NCBI GenBank assembly: GCA_002256935.1
Contig: NCGL01000004.1
Location: 11,557 to 75,556, forward strand
Direction: 5' to 3'
Length of the DNA stretch: 64,000 nt
Source: Bdellovibrio sp. 28-41-41
GTDB lineage: Bacteria > Bdellovibrionota > Bdellovibrionia > Bdellovibrionales > Bdellovibrionaceae
The notes beneath the pieces are model-generated. The model worked only from the letters and a program-made list of their open reading frames with translations. It did not search any database and was not told the DNA's origin. Below are positions 54,354 to 63,716 of the stretch, piece by piece; position 1 is the first letter of the stretch; every line of letters starts with the position of its first letter. Position numbers and translations under genes: made by a program.

Positions 54354-54800
54354 TTACTGAGTATCTTTGTCTAACTCGCCTGGTTTTGGTAGCAAGTCCA
54401 TTAGACATTCGCGCCAATATTCGGGAGCATCATCAGAATAATCTACGGCAATGTGAAACCCTTGTTTGCCTAGGAATTTTGTTCTTTTAATTTCACCGCT
54501 GATTTCCATATTCATAGGTTCTAGTTTCAAGTAGACGCGATTGCCTAGCAGACAATCTAGATTCAAATTTCCTCGTAGTGATTGAGGAATTAAATCGTCC
54601 CTTAATACCGTCATCAAAAGGCCCGTGGATGAGGCTTCTACGATTTGACAGTTCTTTGCGATCTTGGCTAGATCATCTAGTGAAGCCATGTAGGAAACTT
54701 TTATTGGTTCGACTTCTTTTCTGGGAGCCGATCGTGTATCTTTGTAAGCCGGCTTTTTGGCTTTCGGAGTCTTCGCTGGTTTCTTCGCTGTTTTTTCCAT
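54354..54800 (-). CDS. PilZ-like domain protein
   Basis: RSAPR (RxxxR) is followed about 27 aa later by EASSTGLLM, which is close to the [DN]xSxxG motif. The N-terminus is basic. Confidence 0.4.
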   Translation of the reverse strand: MEKTAKKPAKTPKAKKPAYKDTRSAPRKEVEPIKVSYMASLDDLAKIAKNCQIVEASSTGLLMTVLRDDLIPQSLRGNLNLDCLLGNRVYLKLEPMNMEISGEIKRTKFLGKQGFHIAVDYSDDAPEYWRECLMDLLPKPGELDKDTQ

Positions 54801-54988
54801 GTTGTTGTCCCTCTTTCAGGTGTTGCTGACTAAGTATTCGGACAGCTCTAGACTTAAGTTAAGCGTTTATTTCCTAACTTGTTCGATTTGGCATCTTTAA
54901 TTTATACAGTGTCGAAATTGTAGACATAAAACGGATAGATTTTTTTGACTTAACATTACGCGTGTAAAGTAGTTCATCAGGCGTCTGG

Positions 54989-55636
54989 TTAGGAATCAAT
55001 GTTGGATTTGGCAATGGCCAGCTGGTGGTCATCGTTGAAAATGCAGATGCCATCTATTTTAGATATCACTGATCGTTTTGAAGACGTCTTAATAGTGGAT
55101 GTAAATGTTGCCGTTTTAAAAAAAGGAATCTTGCTATTAGTCGCAGTAGTCAAGCTTGTCACAGTGATTTCAGTGACGGCTTTTGGTTGTATGATGAACG
55201 GAATCGATTTAAAAGCGGCTTCCTTGATGGACCAAAGCAATTGGAAATTTGAATCCAGTGATACCTCTTTGGGTTGGCAAACGCGTTCAACAATTGGTTT
55301 TAGAATGCGAGCGCGATTTTCAAAATCAACACCGACTGGTGCTGAATCTAAAACAAATACTCCGACATCTTCCGTGTGTGATAACGAACTGTAGAAATCT
55401 TTTACAGGAACGCCAATTTTTTGAGGAACATTTCGCAGATCCAAAGCATCTTCGAACACGAAATTTTTTTTATCTTTTAAGTAATTGTACAAAGCGGTAC
55501 GTAGATCGAAACGGTTCTTAGTTTTTTTCTCGAAAGGATCGCGTGACTGAGTTTTAAATGGAAATATCTCAAGATAGAAATCTGGTCCCATGACCGATGA
55601 TGCGAAGGTATTTATTTCTACAGATGCAGCGTGCAT
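54989..55636 (-). CDS. 4'-phosphopantetheinyl transferase (Sfp-type)
   Basis: It carries SLSHTEDVGVFV, VGVDFE and WSIKEAAFKS. Confidence 0.6.
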   Translation of the reverse strand: MHAASVEINTFASSVMGPDFYLEIFPFKTQSRDPFEKKTKNRFDLRTALYNYLKDKKNFVFEDALDLRNVPQKIGVPVKDFYSSLSHTEDVGVFVLDSAPVGVDFENRARILKPIVERVCQPKEVSLDSNFQLLWSIKEAAFKSIPFIIQPKAVTEITVTSLTTATNSKIPFFKTATFTSTIKTSSKRSVISKIDGICIFNDDHQLAIAKSNIDS

Positions 55637-55652
55637 TTCCTACCCGAACGTA

Positions 55653-56615
55653 TCAGGCAAATACTGTGGGCCATGATACACTTTCACCTTGAGCGATTTT
55701 CATCATTCGATCAAGTGAAACTTGTGCCTTCAAACGGGTGGCTTCATCTATCTTTACTTCGGGTTTTAGAGTTTCAATAGCGTGTTTTATTTTTTCCAAA
55801 TCATTGAGTTTCATAAAAGGACAATCATTACAAAGACATCCTTTGTCTTCTACAGGCGCTTGTATCAATTCAACGCCGGGACGAGCCTTTTTCATCTGGT
55901 GAAAAATTCCTGTTTCGGTTGCGACAATAAATTTTTTCTTTGGATTTTTTACAACTTCATCCAGCAATCTAGAGGTCGAGCCGATCACATGGGCGTATTG
56001 CAAGACCGAAGCTTCACATTCAGGATGGGCGATCACCACAGCATCCGGGTGCTGCATTGTCAGTTCATGCAGGCGGCGAGCATTGAACAGTATATGCACT
56101 TGGCACGAGCCATTCCACATTTCCATCGGACGATTTAGTTTTTTGCTCAGGTAATTTCCTAAATGTTGATCAGGACCAAACAAGATTTTTCGATCTTTAG
56201 GAATCGAGTTAATAATTTTCTCGGCATTAGATGAAGTGATGATCACATCAGAAATCGATTTCACTTCAGCGCTAGAATTAATATACGTTACAGCGATGGC
56301 TTCAGGATTGGCCTTTCTCCAAGCGTAGTATTTATCAAAGGGTGAACTATCAACTAGGGAACAGCCAGCATTCATATCAGGAACTAGGACTGTTTTAGTA
56401 GGATTTAAAATCTTTACCGATTCAGCCATGAATACAACACCTGCAAGTAGGATGATGTTGGCTTGTTCTTGTTGGCCTTTTTGAGCTAGAAAATAACTAT
56501 CACCCACGTGATCTGCTAGATCTTGTATGGCTCCGTCTTCATAGAAGTGCGCCAATATCGTGACATTTTTTTTCTTTTTAAGTTCGCGGATTTCCTGAGC
56601 AAGATCGTAGCCCAC
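55653..56615 (-). CDS. nadA: Quinolinate synthase
   Basis: It carries ILAHFYEDGAIQDLADHVGDSY, INSSAEVK, IAHPEC and the Cys ligands. Confidence 0.9.
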   Translation of the reverse strand: MGYDLAQEIRELKKKKNVTILAHFYEDGAIQDLADHVGDSYFLAQKGQQEQANIILLAGVVFMAESVKILNPTKTVLVPDMNAGCSLVDSSPFDKYYAWRKANPEAIAVTYINSSAEVKSISDVIITSSNAEKIINSIPKDRKILFGPDQHLGNYLSKKLNRPMEMWNGSCQVHILFNARRLHELTMQHPDAVVIAHPECEASVLQYAHVIGSTSRLLDEVVKNPKKKFIVATETGIFHQMKKARPGVELIQAPVEDKGCLCNDCPFMKLNDLEKIKHAIETLKPEVKIDEATRLKAQVSLDRMMKIAQGESVSWPTVFA

Positions 56616-56649
56616 AGTATGTGTCCTTTAGAGCTTAGCTTAATATTAG

Positions 56650-57243
56650 CTAAAGATTAGCTCCACCTTTAAGAACGTTGATAATCGATTTTGAAGCACT
56701 TCGTAGCGATTCAAAAACTCCCGTGCCGTCGTTGGCAATGGCCTCAAATTCCGGCGAATTATAATGGTTTAAAGAAGCTCTGAGTTCAGGCAATGAAGCG
56801 GCATTTGGTAAATCGCGCTTGTTATACTGCATGATCAAAGGGATTTCCTTAATATCATAACCTTGCTGTTCAAGATTGATTTGTAAATTTTTGAAGGCTT
56901 CTAAGTTTTCATCCATACGCTCGATTTGCGAGTCAGCAACGAAAATGACGCCATCTAAACCTTTTAATATCAATTTCCTTGAAGCATCGTAAACGACTTG
57001 GCCTGGCACTGTGTATAGATGAAACCTGGTTTTAAAACCACGAATTTCACCAATGTTCAGCGGAAGGAAGTCAAAAAACAAAGTTCGCTCGGTTTCAGTG
57101 CTTAGATTCATTAATTTAGATTTTTGGTCTGGAGTGGTCTCTTTGTAAACCCATTGCAAGTTAGTCGTTTTACCACCTAAAGAAGGGCCATAGTAAACGA
57201 TCTTACAGTGGATCTCTTTAGCATTATAGTTAATAAACGACAT
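56650..57243 (-). CDS. mglA: MglA-type Ras-like GTPase
   Basis: MSFINYNAKEIHCKIVYYGPSLGGKTTN and TRFHLYTVPGQV are nearly collinear with Myxococcus MglA. I chose the ATG at 57243. Confidence 0.85.
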   Translation of the reverse strand: MSFINYNAKEIHCKIVYYGPSLGGKTTNLQWVYKETTPDQKSKLMNLSTETERTLFFDFLPLNIGEIRGFKTRFHLYTVPGQVVYDASRKLILKGLDGVIFVADSQIERMDENLEAFKNLQINLEQQGYDIKEIPLIMQYNKRDLPNAASLPELRASLNHYNSPEFEAIANDGTGVFESLRSASKSIINVLKGGANL

Positions 57244-57319
57244 ACTTCTCCATATCAATTTGTTCGCTTTCAGCGAAACCCGTCCGTGTTTCTTACAGTT
57301 AGTTAGCTCTTTGGCTCGC

Positions 57320-57931
57320 TTATAGCGAGACCCTGTTTTCTAAAGCGCGGCTCATCGTGCGATCATCAATGAAATCGATATCGCCGCCAATAGGTACCCC
57401 GTGTGCAATTCTTGATAATTTGATTCCAGAATTCTGTAGGATTTTAGTTAAATACAAAACAGTCGTATCGCCCTCAAGATCCGCATCCAATGCCATGATG
57501 ATTTCACGAATTGGATGATCAGTAGCTGCTTGATCTTGGATACGTTTTAATAATTCTCTGATTTTTAAATCTTCAGGAGTAATGCCATCAAGTGGTGACA
57601 GAGCTCCGTGAAGTACGTGATAGCGTCCACGAAATGCGCCCGAGGCTTCGATGCGCATAACGTCCGATGGCTCTTCTACTAGGCAGATCATATCATTCTG
57701 ACGGTGCGAATCTTTGCAGAATCGGCAGATGTCACTATCTGTGTAGTTAAAGCATCGAGGACATTCGTGCACTTCGGATTGAACGCGTTGAAGCGCATCG
57801 CTTAGATCGGCCGAGTACTGTTCACGAGATTTCAAAATGTAATACGCTAGGCGCTGGGCCGTTTTAGGTCCAATGCCGGGTAATTTAGTCAATTCGTGAA
57901 CAAGTTTCTCTAGAGCCGAAATGTGTAGCAT
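57320..57931 (-). CDS. recR: Recombination protein RecR
   Basis: The HhH is LPGIGPKTAQRLA, the C4 zinc finger is CPRCFNYTDSDICRFC, and a Toprim domain follows. Confidence 0.9.
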   Translation of the reverse strand: MLHISALEKLVHELTKLPGIGPKTAQRLAYYILKSREQYSADLSDALQRVQSEVHECPRCFNYTDSDICRFCKDSHRQNDMICLVEEPSDVMRIEASGAFRGRYHVLHGALSPLDGITPEDLKIRELLKRIQDQAATDHPIREIIMALDADLEGDTTVLYLTKILQNSGIKLSRIAHGVPIGGDIDFIDDRTMSRALENRVSL

Positions 57932-58257
57932 TAAAACATTCCTGGGATGCCCATGCCGCCAGTGATTTTTTCCATCTCTTTAGCCATAGTTTCTTTTGCT
58001 AGTTTAAGTGCATCGTTCGTTGCCGATACAACCATTTCTTCTAGCATTTCAGCATCGCCTGATTTGAAAACATCAGGATTGAATTTTACAGATACAAGTT
58101 TGTTATCGCCCGTTACAACAGTCGTAACCGCGCCGCCGCCAGAAGTTCCAGTAAATTCTTGTTTACCGATTTCTTCTTGAGTCTTTTTCATCTTTAGTTG
58201 CATTTGATTGGCTTGCTTCATTAACTGAGCCATGCCGCCGCCGCCCATACCCTTCAT
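57931..58257 (-). CDS. ybaB: Nucleoid-associated protein YbaB/EbfC
   Basis: A 108-aa protein with MAQLMKQANQMQLKMKKTQEE. It occupies the conserved dnaX-ybaB-recR position. Confidence 0.85.
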   Translation of the reverse strand: MKGMGGGGMAQLMKQANQMQLKMKKTQEEIGKQEFTGTSGGGAVTTVVTGDNKLVSVKFNPDVFKSGDAEMLEEMVVSATNDALKLAKETMAKEMEKITGGMGIPGMF

Positions 58258-58273
58258 CGTCTTTCTCCCGTTT

Positions 58274-58400
58274 GAGGGCGCACCCTAAAACCCCGTGATC
58301 CTTCGTTGCCTTCGTCGGCCCACTTGTGCGACGTAGCTTTCGCTACGTCTCCGCGGGGCTCTCCTCGTCGCCTCGGCTGACGGGCTTTTAGGGTGCGCTC
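58274..58400. repeat. GC-rich palindromic element in the dnaX-ybaB spacer
   Basis: Inverted arms of about 21 nt (58274-58296 and 58380-58400) flank a central hairpin GACGTAGC-TTTC-GCTACGTC (58330-58349). Confidence 0.5.
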
Positions 58401-58408
58401 TTTGTTTT

Positions 58409-60094
58409 CTATTTCTTAGAGTCAGGTTTTATTTCGCTGACGCTTTTTACTGTTCCGTTGAAGACCCTTTGTGCTGCTAGTACTTTGGGGTCGTTCATTA
58501 TTTTTTGTTTTACTAGCTCTTCACTTTGCATGGTTTTTTTCTGCACCATTACTTGGGCAGAGGTACCTTGAGATTCGCCGCTAGCTGATACCATAAAAGA
58601 GTACCCAGTACCCCAAAAGGAATCAACAAATCCTTGCATTTTTTTCTTGTTATCCGCATCGCTGAGGATGTCTTTTAGGAACGCATTTGTCTTGCTGACA
58701 GCTAGCATGATTTTATTTGCGTCTTCTTTTACAAAAATCAAATTTTCTAGTTTTGCGCCAAACAAAGGGTCAGATCCACGAACGCGATCGATAAAGGCAA
58801 TCCAGCGATCTTCTGGAGTCTTGCCAGTCACAAAACCCGTTTGCTGTACTCGAGCTTGCGGGGCCGCGGGTGCCGGCGTCGCCGCCGCCGGTTGAGCCGG
58901 TGCCTGGTGTGCACGAGGCGGCTGTTGCGCCATATGCGTAGTTCCCGGCTGTGATAAATTTGCTAACAACGTTTGCAAGTCATCAATTCGTGGTGAGGTC
59001 GCTAGGCGTAATAATAAAACCTCGAGCACGATATAAGAATCCTGGGACTTTGATAAATCTTGAATGGCTTTTAACAATAAATCGAACAGGTGATGGATAT
59101 CTTCTGTTGATGATTTCTGAGTGAACGTAGCTAGTTCTTGAAATTCGCTTTCTGGGATTTCAACAATCGACAACGCTTCAACGCCTGCGGTTTTAACGAC
59201 CAGCAAGTGACGGGCTAGTTCTACTAATTCCGTCATGAAGAGTTCAGGATCAGTCGCTGTTAAGCGCATTTTTTTAAGAAGGTCGACTAACTGAGCTGAA
59301 TTGCGATCAAGGATCGCGGCCAAAGTTTCAAATAATAAATTGCGATCTGTTAGGCCCAGGATTGCCTGAGTTTTAGCTTTCGTTAATGGACCGTTTGAAA
59401 AACTGATCACTTGATCCAGCAAGCTTTGGCTATCACGCATAGATCCGTCGCCTTGTTTAGCGATTAACCAAAGAGCTTCTTTTTCAAATTCAATTTTTTC
59501 AGATGTGCAGATGTGCGCTAGCTGGTCAGAAACTTCTTTTAAGCTAATGCGGCGGAAATCAAAACGCTGACAACGTGACAAGATTGTTTGTGGGATCTTG
59601 TGAACTTCGGTTGTCGCCATGATAAAAATAATATGATCCGGTGGTTCTTCTAAAGTTTTTAGTAAAGCGTTGAACGCAGAACCAGATAACATGTGAACTT
59701 CATCTATGATGAAAATTTTAAATTTACCGCTAGATGGCATATAGCCAACGGTTTCACGAAGTTCACGAATAGAATCCACGCCGTTGTTAGAAGCTCCATC
59801 GATTTCGATAACATCAACAGAACGTGATTCTGCAATTTCAATACAGCTATCGCAAACACCGCAGGGAACCAATGCGCCGTTAGCATCAGAAACAGAATTG
59901 GGACAACGAAGAGCTTTAGCTAGGATTCGAGCCGATGACGTTTTTCCAGTACCACGTGGGCCTGTGAATAAAATCGCATGCGGGATACGATTATTTTTTA
60001 GAGCATTGTTCAGAGTTTGCGTGATGTGTTTCTGTCCAACAATTTCTTGGAAAGACTGAGGACGATATTTTCTGGCGATAACTTGATAACTCAT
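58409..60094 (-). CDS. dnaX: DNA polymerase III subunit gamma/tau
   Basis: I chose the start MSYQVIARKYRPQSF. Walker A is GPRGTGKTS, followed by FIIDEVHML and a Cys4 zinc module. Confidence 0.9.
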   Translation of the reverse strand: MSYQVIARKYRPQSFQEIVGQKHITQTLNNALKNNRIPHAILFTGPRGTGKTSSARILAKALRCPNSVSDANGALVPCGVCDSCIEIAESRSVDVIEIDGASNNGVDSIRELRETVGYMPSSGKFKIFIIDEVHMLSGSAFNALLKTLEEPPDHIIFIMATTEVHKIPQTILSRCQRFDFRRISLKEVSDQLAHICTSEKIEFEKEALWLIAKQGDGSMRDSQSLLDQVISFSNGPLTKAKTQAILGLTDRNLLFETLAAILDRNSAQLVDLLKKMRLTATDPELFMTELVELARHLLVVKTAGVEALSIVEIPESEFQELATFTQKSSTEDIHHLFDLLLKAIQDLSKSQDSYIVLEVLLLRLATSPRIDDLQTLLANLSQPGTTHMAQQPPRAHQAPAQPAAATPAPAAPQARVQQTGFVTGKTPEDRWIAFIDRVRGSDPLFGAKLENLIFVKEDANKIMLAVSKTNAFLKDILSDADNKKKMQGFVDSFWGTGYSFMVSASGESQGTSAQVMVQKKTMQSEELVKQKIMNDPKVLAAQRVFNGTVKSVSEIKPDSKK

Positions 60095-60150
60095 CTTTTC
60101 GTCTCTCGTTTGCGTCTCTGTTTTATGTCTCTGGGATGGAAAAATAAAAA

Positions 60151-60248
60151 TGCCGAGCACCCCATATCACATGGTTCGACGAGTACCGTTGCTTCCTTCC
60201 GGACCTAGCGGGATTCGTCATCAAAGCCATTGTATGGGACCCGGCACT
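60151..60248 (-). ncRNA. ffs: Signal recognition particle RNA (small/4.5S type)
   Basis: The minus strand contains GGTCCGGAAGGAAGCA (domain IV core). The ends form a long imperfect helix and a T-run follows. The position upstream of dnaX is conserved. Confidence 0.8.
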
Positions 60249-60297
60249 TCTGGTCTAACTTAGATTCCGTAGGCATTCATCTTATAACGCTTGGCAG

Positions 60298-61035
60298 CTA
60301 CAGTGCGGCAAGAAAGGTTTTTACAACCTGACAGCGCTCTAATAGCGAGTGGCCTTTCTGAGGTGAGGATGATTCATTTCCGACATAAATATTTTTTAGA
60401 GTGCCAACCCCTAGGGAGCTATCTAGGACACCCATAACGTGTCCATTGGCAGTGGTGGCGGGACCTCCCGAGTTTCCTGAAAGGGAATCCGCCGTCAGAG
60501 AGGCCTAAAAGATCATCCAAGAAGTCGCCGTGGCTCCAGCGATCATTTATTTTAAAGTGCAATTCTGCAAAGTTTCTTTTTTATTTAAAGAAATATTAAG
60601 CGTTTTAGAAATCACGACGCTATTTCCAGAAATCATACCGGAAGCCGCTGTGATTTCTAGCGACGCAGAAAATGTGCCCGAGCTGGATGCGGGGGCCACG
60701 AAACTTGTCGATAGTACGATATCAGTTGTGAAATCATTTAATGCCGCCGAAGCGATTTGCAGTGAATTCATAAATTTTTTCCCAGCACCAGCAGCGCCAG
60801 TCGTCGAAAAGCCACCAGAAACAAGAAAACCGGTTGCAGCCGCACATATTTTAGGACGGATATCTTTGTTGTTAAAATCAGTTCCGATCGGAGCCTGGCA
60901 TACCATCGCTATAGATTCATTAAGCAACACGACACGCTCGTTTTTTGCATCGATTTTCGATTTGCAAACTAGGTTGGCCCCGAAGCTTGATAAAGTGATC
61001 ATAAACACAGTTGCCGCTAAAATTGGTTTCATCAT
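60298..61035 (-). pseudogene. Secreted trypsin-like (Trypsin_2-like) gene interrupted by two in-frame stop codons, possibly already degenerate
   Basis: One frame runs as follows: signal peptide, then ATGFLVSGG, then TAA (60547-60549), 13 codons, TAG (60505-60507), then SLSGNSGGPATTANGHVMGV. There is no His in the N-terminal part. Confidence 0.35.
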
Positions 61036-61237
61036 AAAAATTCCTTTACAAAAAGTTAATTAGATTACGCCCTAGGCCTTGCGAATCGAGTGCCTAGCAG
61101 AGAATAGGCTCAGTCAATTTTGGAGCCCATGACGTGTTCAATATATTTACAGATGGTGCCCAGAAAAAGTCATTCGGGGGAGCGAACTAGAACACGGATT
61201 AGGAGGGCGGGGAACGGGCATTGCTAAATTATTTACT

Positions 61238-62113
61238 ATGCAGAAGCGCACAAGGCCGTGGCCATTCACTCTGTTTATTTTTTTAGGACTTTGTTTAAGT
61301 CCATTATTTACCAGTGCCAAAGATATTGGTTTTAGGTGCCGTTCTGTTTATGCCAATCCGTCATCGATTCCACAAACAGTCTATTCTGGTGTTTTAGTTG
61401 AGTTGAAAGATGGAAAACAGTCGTTAGTGTACGTCCCAAATGCTTGGGGACCGGGACACGAAACGGCCCTTAGAAATATTATCATGAACTATGACGAGAC
61501 TAATCCGGTGACTAAAGTGTTATGGATGGGCGAACTTTCACTGCGTGAACGGGCGGGCGTCAAACCCCAGCTAGTAGCGGTTAACGACATTAGTGGAACC
61601 TACTTTAAATCACTGACAGACCAATCGATGGACGAAATTCCCTACTTTAATGATGTTAAGGCAATGCAGAACTACGTTAGACAAAATAATTTATGGGATG
61701 TGGCTCAGACAAAGTATGTTCCGTTTAAAGAAAATCAAACTCATTTGGATTGGACGTCTGAATATTTAAAACGGGAACTACGGCTTTCAAACACGGCTCA
61801 TGATATTGGTGGTGTGTTTAGCCGAGTTATTTCCAGCGGCGAAATCATGGAAGTCGATAAAAGCAACTTCGACAAATTTTTACCAATACTTAGAAATGAA
61901 TTACAAAAGTACCATTCGATGTTGGACGTTTTGGCTTATGAAAATGTTTTTGATAAGGAAATGATCCATCAGATTTTGTCTCTGTCGGGTTCGGTGATGA
62001 CTGGTGATGTTACTGCCGGTCAGTTGACAGAATTCAATTTACTTAATCGCCAATTGCTTGATAGCTGGCGACAGTATTCCAATTTTTTAGAAAGCAAAAT
62101 TAAAATCCTCTAA
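61238..62113 (+). CDS. Secreted hypothetical protein
   Basis: A 291-aa ORF with a signal peptide. No motif was recognised. Confidence 0.5.
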   Translation: MQKRTRPWPFTLFIFLGLCLSPLFTSAKDIGFRCRSVYANPSSIPQTVYSGVLVELKDGKQSLVYVPNAWGPGHETALRNIIMNYDETNPVTKVLWMGELSLRERAGVKPQLVAVNDISGTYFKSLTDQSMDEIPYFNDVKAMQNYVRQNNLWDVAQTKYVPFKENQTHLDWTSEYLKRELRLSNTAHDIGGVFSRVISSGEIMEVDKSNFDKFLPILRNELQKYHSMLDVLAYENVFDKEMIHQILSLSGSVMTGDVTAGQLTEFNLLNRQLLDSWRQYSNFLESKIKIL

Positions 62114-62148
62114 AACTTAGCTGTAACATTTAGCTTTAAAACTTAGCT

Positions 62149-62763
62149 TTAAAACTTAATGTCGCGAATATAGTGGCAAGTGTAACCGCCAGGATTCTTT
62201 TGAAGGTAGTCTTGGTGATAGGTTTCGGCGCTATAGAACTGGCCAGCAGCGACGATTTCAGTCACTACGGGCTTTTTCCAAGCTCCGGATACATCGACCA
62301 GTTCTTTGACCTTTTTAGCGGTTTTTTCTTGTTCAGGCGATAAAAAGAAAATGGCAGATCGGTATTGTGAACCACGATCGTTGCCTTGTTGATTCACTGT
62401 CGTTGGATCATGAATTTTAAAAAAGAATTTCAAAATGTTTTCGTATGATGTTTTTTGAGGATCAAACTGAATCTCGATAGATTCCGCATGACCAGAGGTA
62501 CCTCTTTTAACGATCTCGTACGTAGGATTAGGAACAACGCCGCCCGTGTAACCAACTTGGGTAGATATAACTCCGGGTTGAGTGCGAATTAATTCTTCAA
62601 CACCCCAAAAACAACCACCAGCAAGGAGGGCCGTTTCAGATTTCTTTGCAGTATCGTTTGTTGTCGTCATTTCTTTCTTCTTTTTTACAGGTTTAGCTTC
62701 AGCATTAACATTGAAGGAAAACCAGGAGAAGAAAAAAATAGAAAGGAAAAGAAACTTTGTCAT
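62149..62763 (-). CDS. msrA: Peptide methionine (S)-sulfoxide reductase with signal peptide
   Basis: It carries the GGCFWGVE active site and GHAESIEIQFDP. The ATG at 62763 follows an AGGTGA SD. Confidence 0.9.
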   Translation of the reverse strand: MTKFLFLSIFFFSWFSFNVNAEAKPVKKKKEMTTTNDTAKKSETALLAGGCFWGVEELIRTQPGVISTQVGYTGGVVPNPTYEIVKRGTSGHAESIEIQFDPQKTSYENILKFFFKIHDPTTVNQQGNDRGSQYRSAIFFLSPEQEKTAKKVKELVDVSGAWKKPVVTEIVAAGQFYSAETYHQDYLQKNPGGYTCHYIRDIKF

Positions 62764-62779
62764 TTGCGGTATCACCTAA

Positions 62780-63214
62780 CTAGGGAGTTTTTTGAATTTT
62801 CTTAGCTGCCTTGTCTGTAACTCTACCTTCGACTTTACCTTCAATTTTCTTAGAAAGCTTTTCAATTCGTTCCCGAATGTTAGGTGGCAAACTAGACATA
62901 AACGAAGCGGGATCTTTAGAGTAAGAAGTTAACGATTCAAGAGCCTTTTCAGGATTGTCCTGATTCATCTCCATAAGGATAGGAAGGATATCTGCGGACA
63001 ATGCATAAAGCTCACCAGAATTTTCGCCAGCTAGTTTGCTAACCATATCATCCACAGATTTAGCTTTTGGATCTGCAGATATAATTTCTTTTCGTTTAGC
63101 TGGATCGGTGATTGTGTTCTGAACGTCTTTCATGGCCGCGGTTTGTTCTACGGAGGTTTTTGCGAATGATGAGAGGGAGACGAGTAGAGCGAATGCAAGA
63201 GTATATTTATGCAT
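62780..63214 (-). CDS. Secreted hypothetical protein
   Basis: A 144-aa ORF with a signal peptide and a helical body. Confidence 0.5.
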   Translation of the reverse strand: MHKYTLAFALLVSLSSFAKTSVEQTAAMKDVQNTITDPAKRKEIISADPKAKSVDDMVSKLAGENSGELYALSADILPILMEMNQDNPEKALESLTSYSKDPASFMSSLPPNIRERIEKLSKKIEGKVEGRVTDKAAKKIQKTP

Positions 63215-63716
63215 GGTAGTTTCCTTGTTTTGGATACTTAATTATCGGGCTATTTGTGAAAAAATGAAAGTGAAAAAGGGCGTGTCTCTAGCTGAGAATT
63301 TGCTTTCCAGAATCTAAGACAAGAATCCTAACTCTGAGACAAATCTGCTCAAGAGCGATTTAATCCTAGTTTGACGCCTACTCCTCCCTGCTCTTCAATG
63401 GCAAGCGATTTGAAATACCGGATCGTGAGATCGAAATCTGAATTTCTAAACGTTCACCCCTAATTTCAGTTTCCAAGCCCTTAATTAAAAATGGGTTTTA
63501 AAAAGACGACTCTGAAATGTTTTCATATTTATTGAGCTGATCCAATAGGAATAGCGGAATAAATGGCACAATTTCAGCGTCGTCTCTTCAGTGATATTGC
63601 GGTTAACTAAATGGAATTGCTAAGAGAGTTCGCTCTTAACCAAATCCTAAAATAGAGTGTCGAAAATTGGCAATTAGCTTGCAAACTTTCTATGGTTCTA
63701 ACGGGAAAGGAAACTT

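Noticed and set aside
58409-60094. A programmed -1 frameshift site in dnaX (A-runs at about 59270 and about 58645).
   Set aside because: The A-runs are not in an X XXY YYZ register (CTT AAA AAA ATG; AAG AAA AAA ATG). No downstream stem-loop or nearby -1 frame stop was evident.
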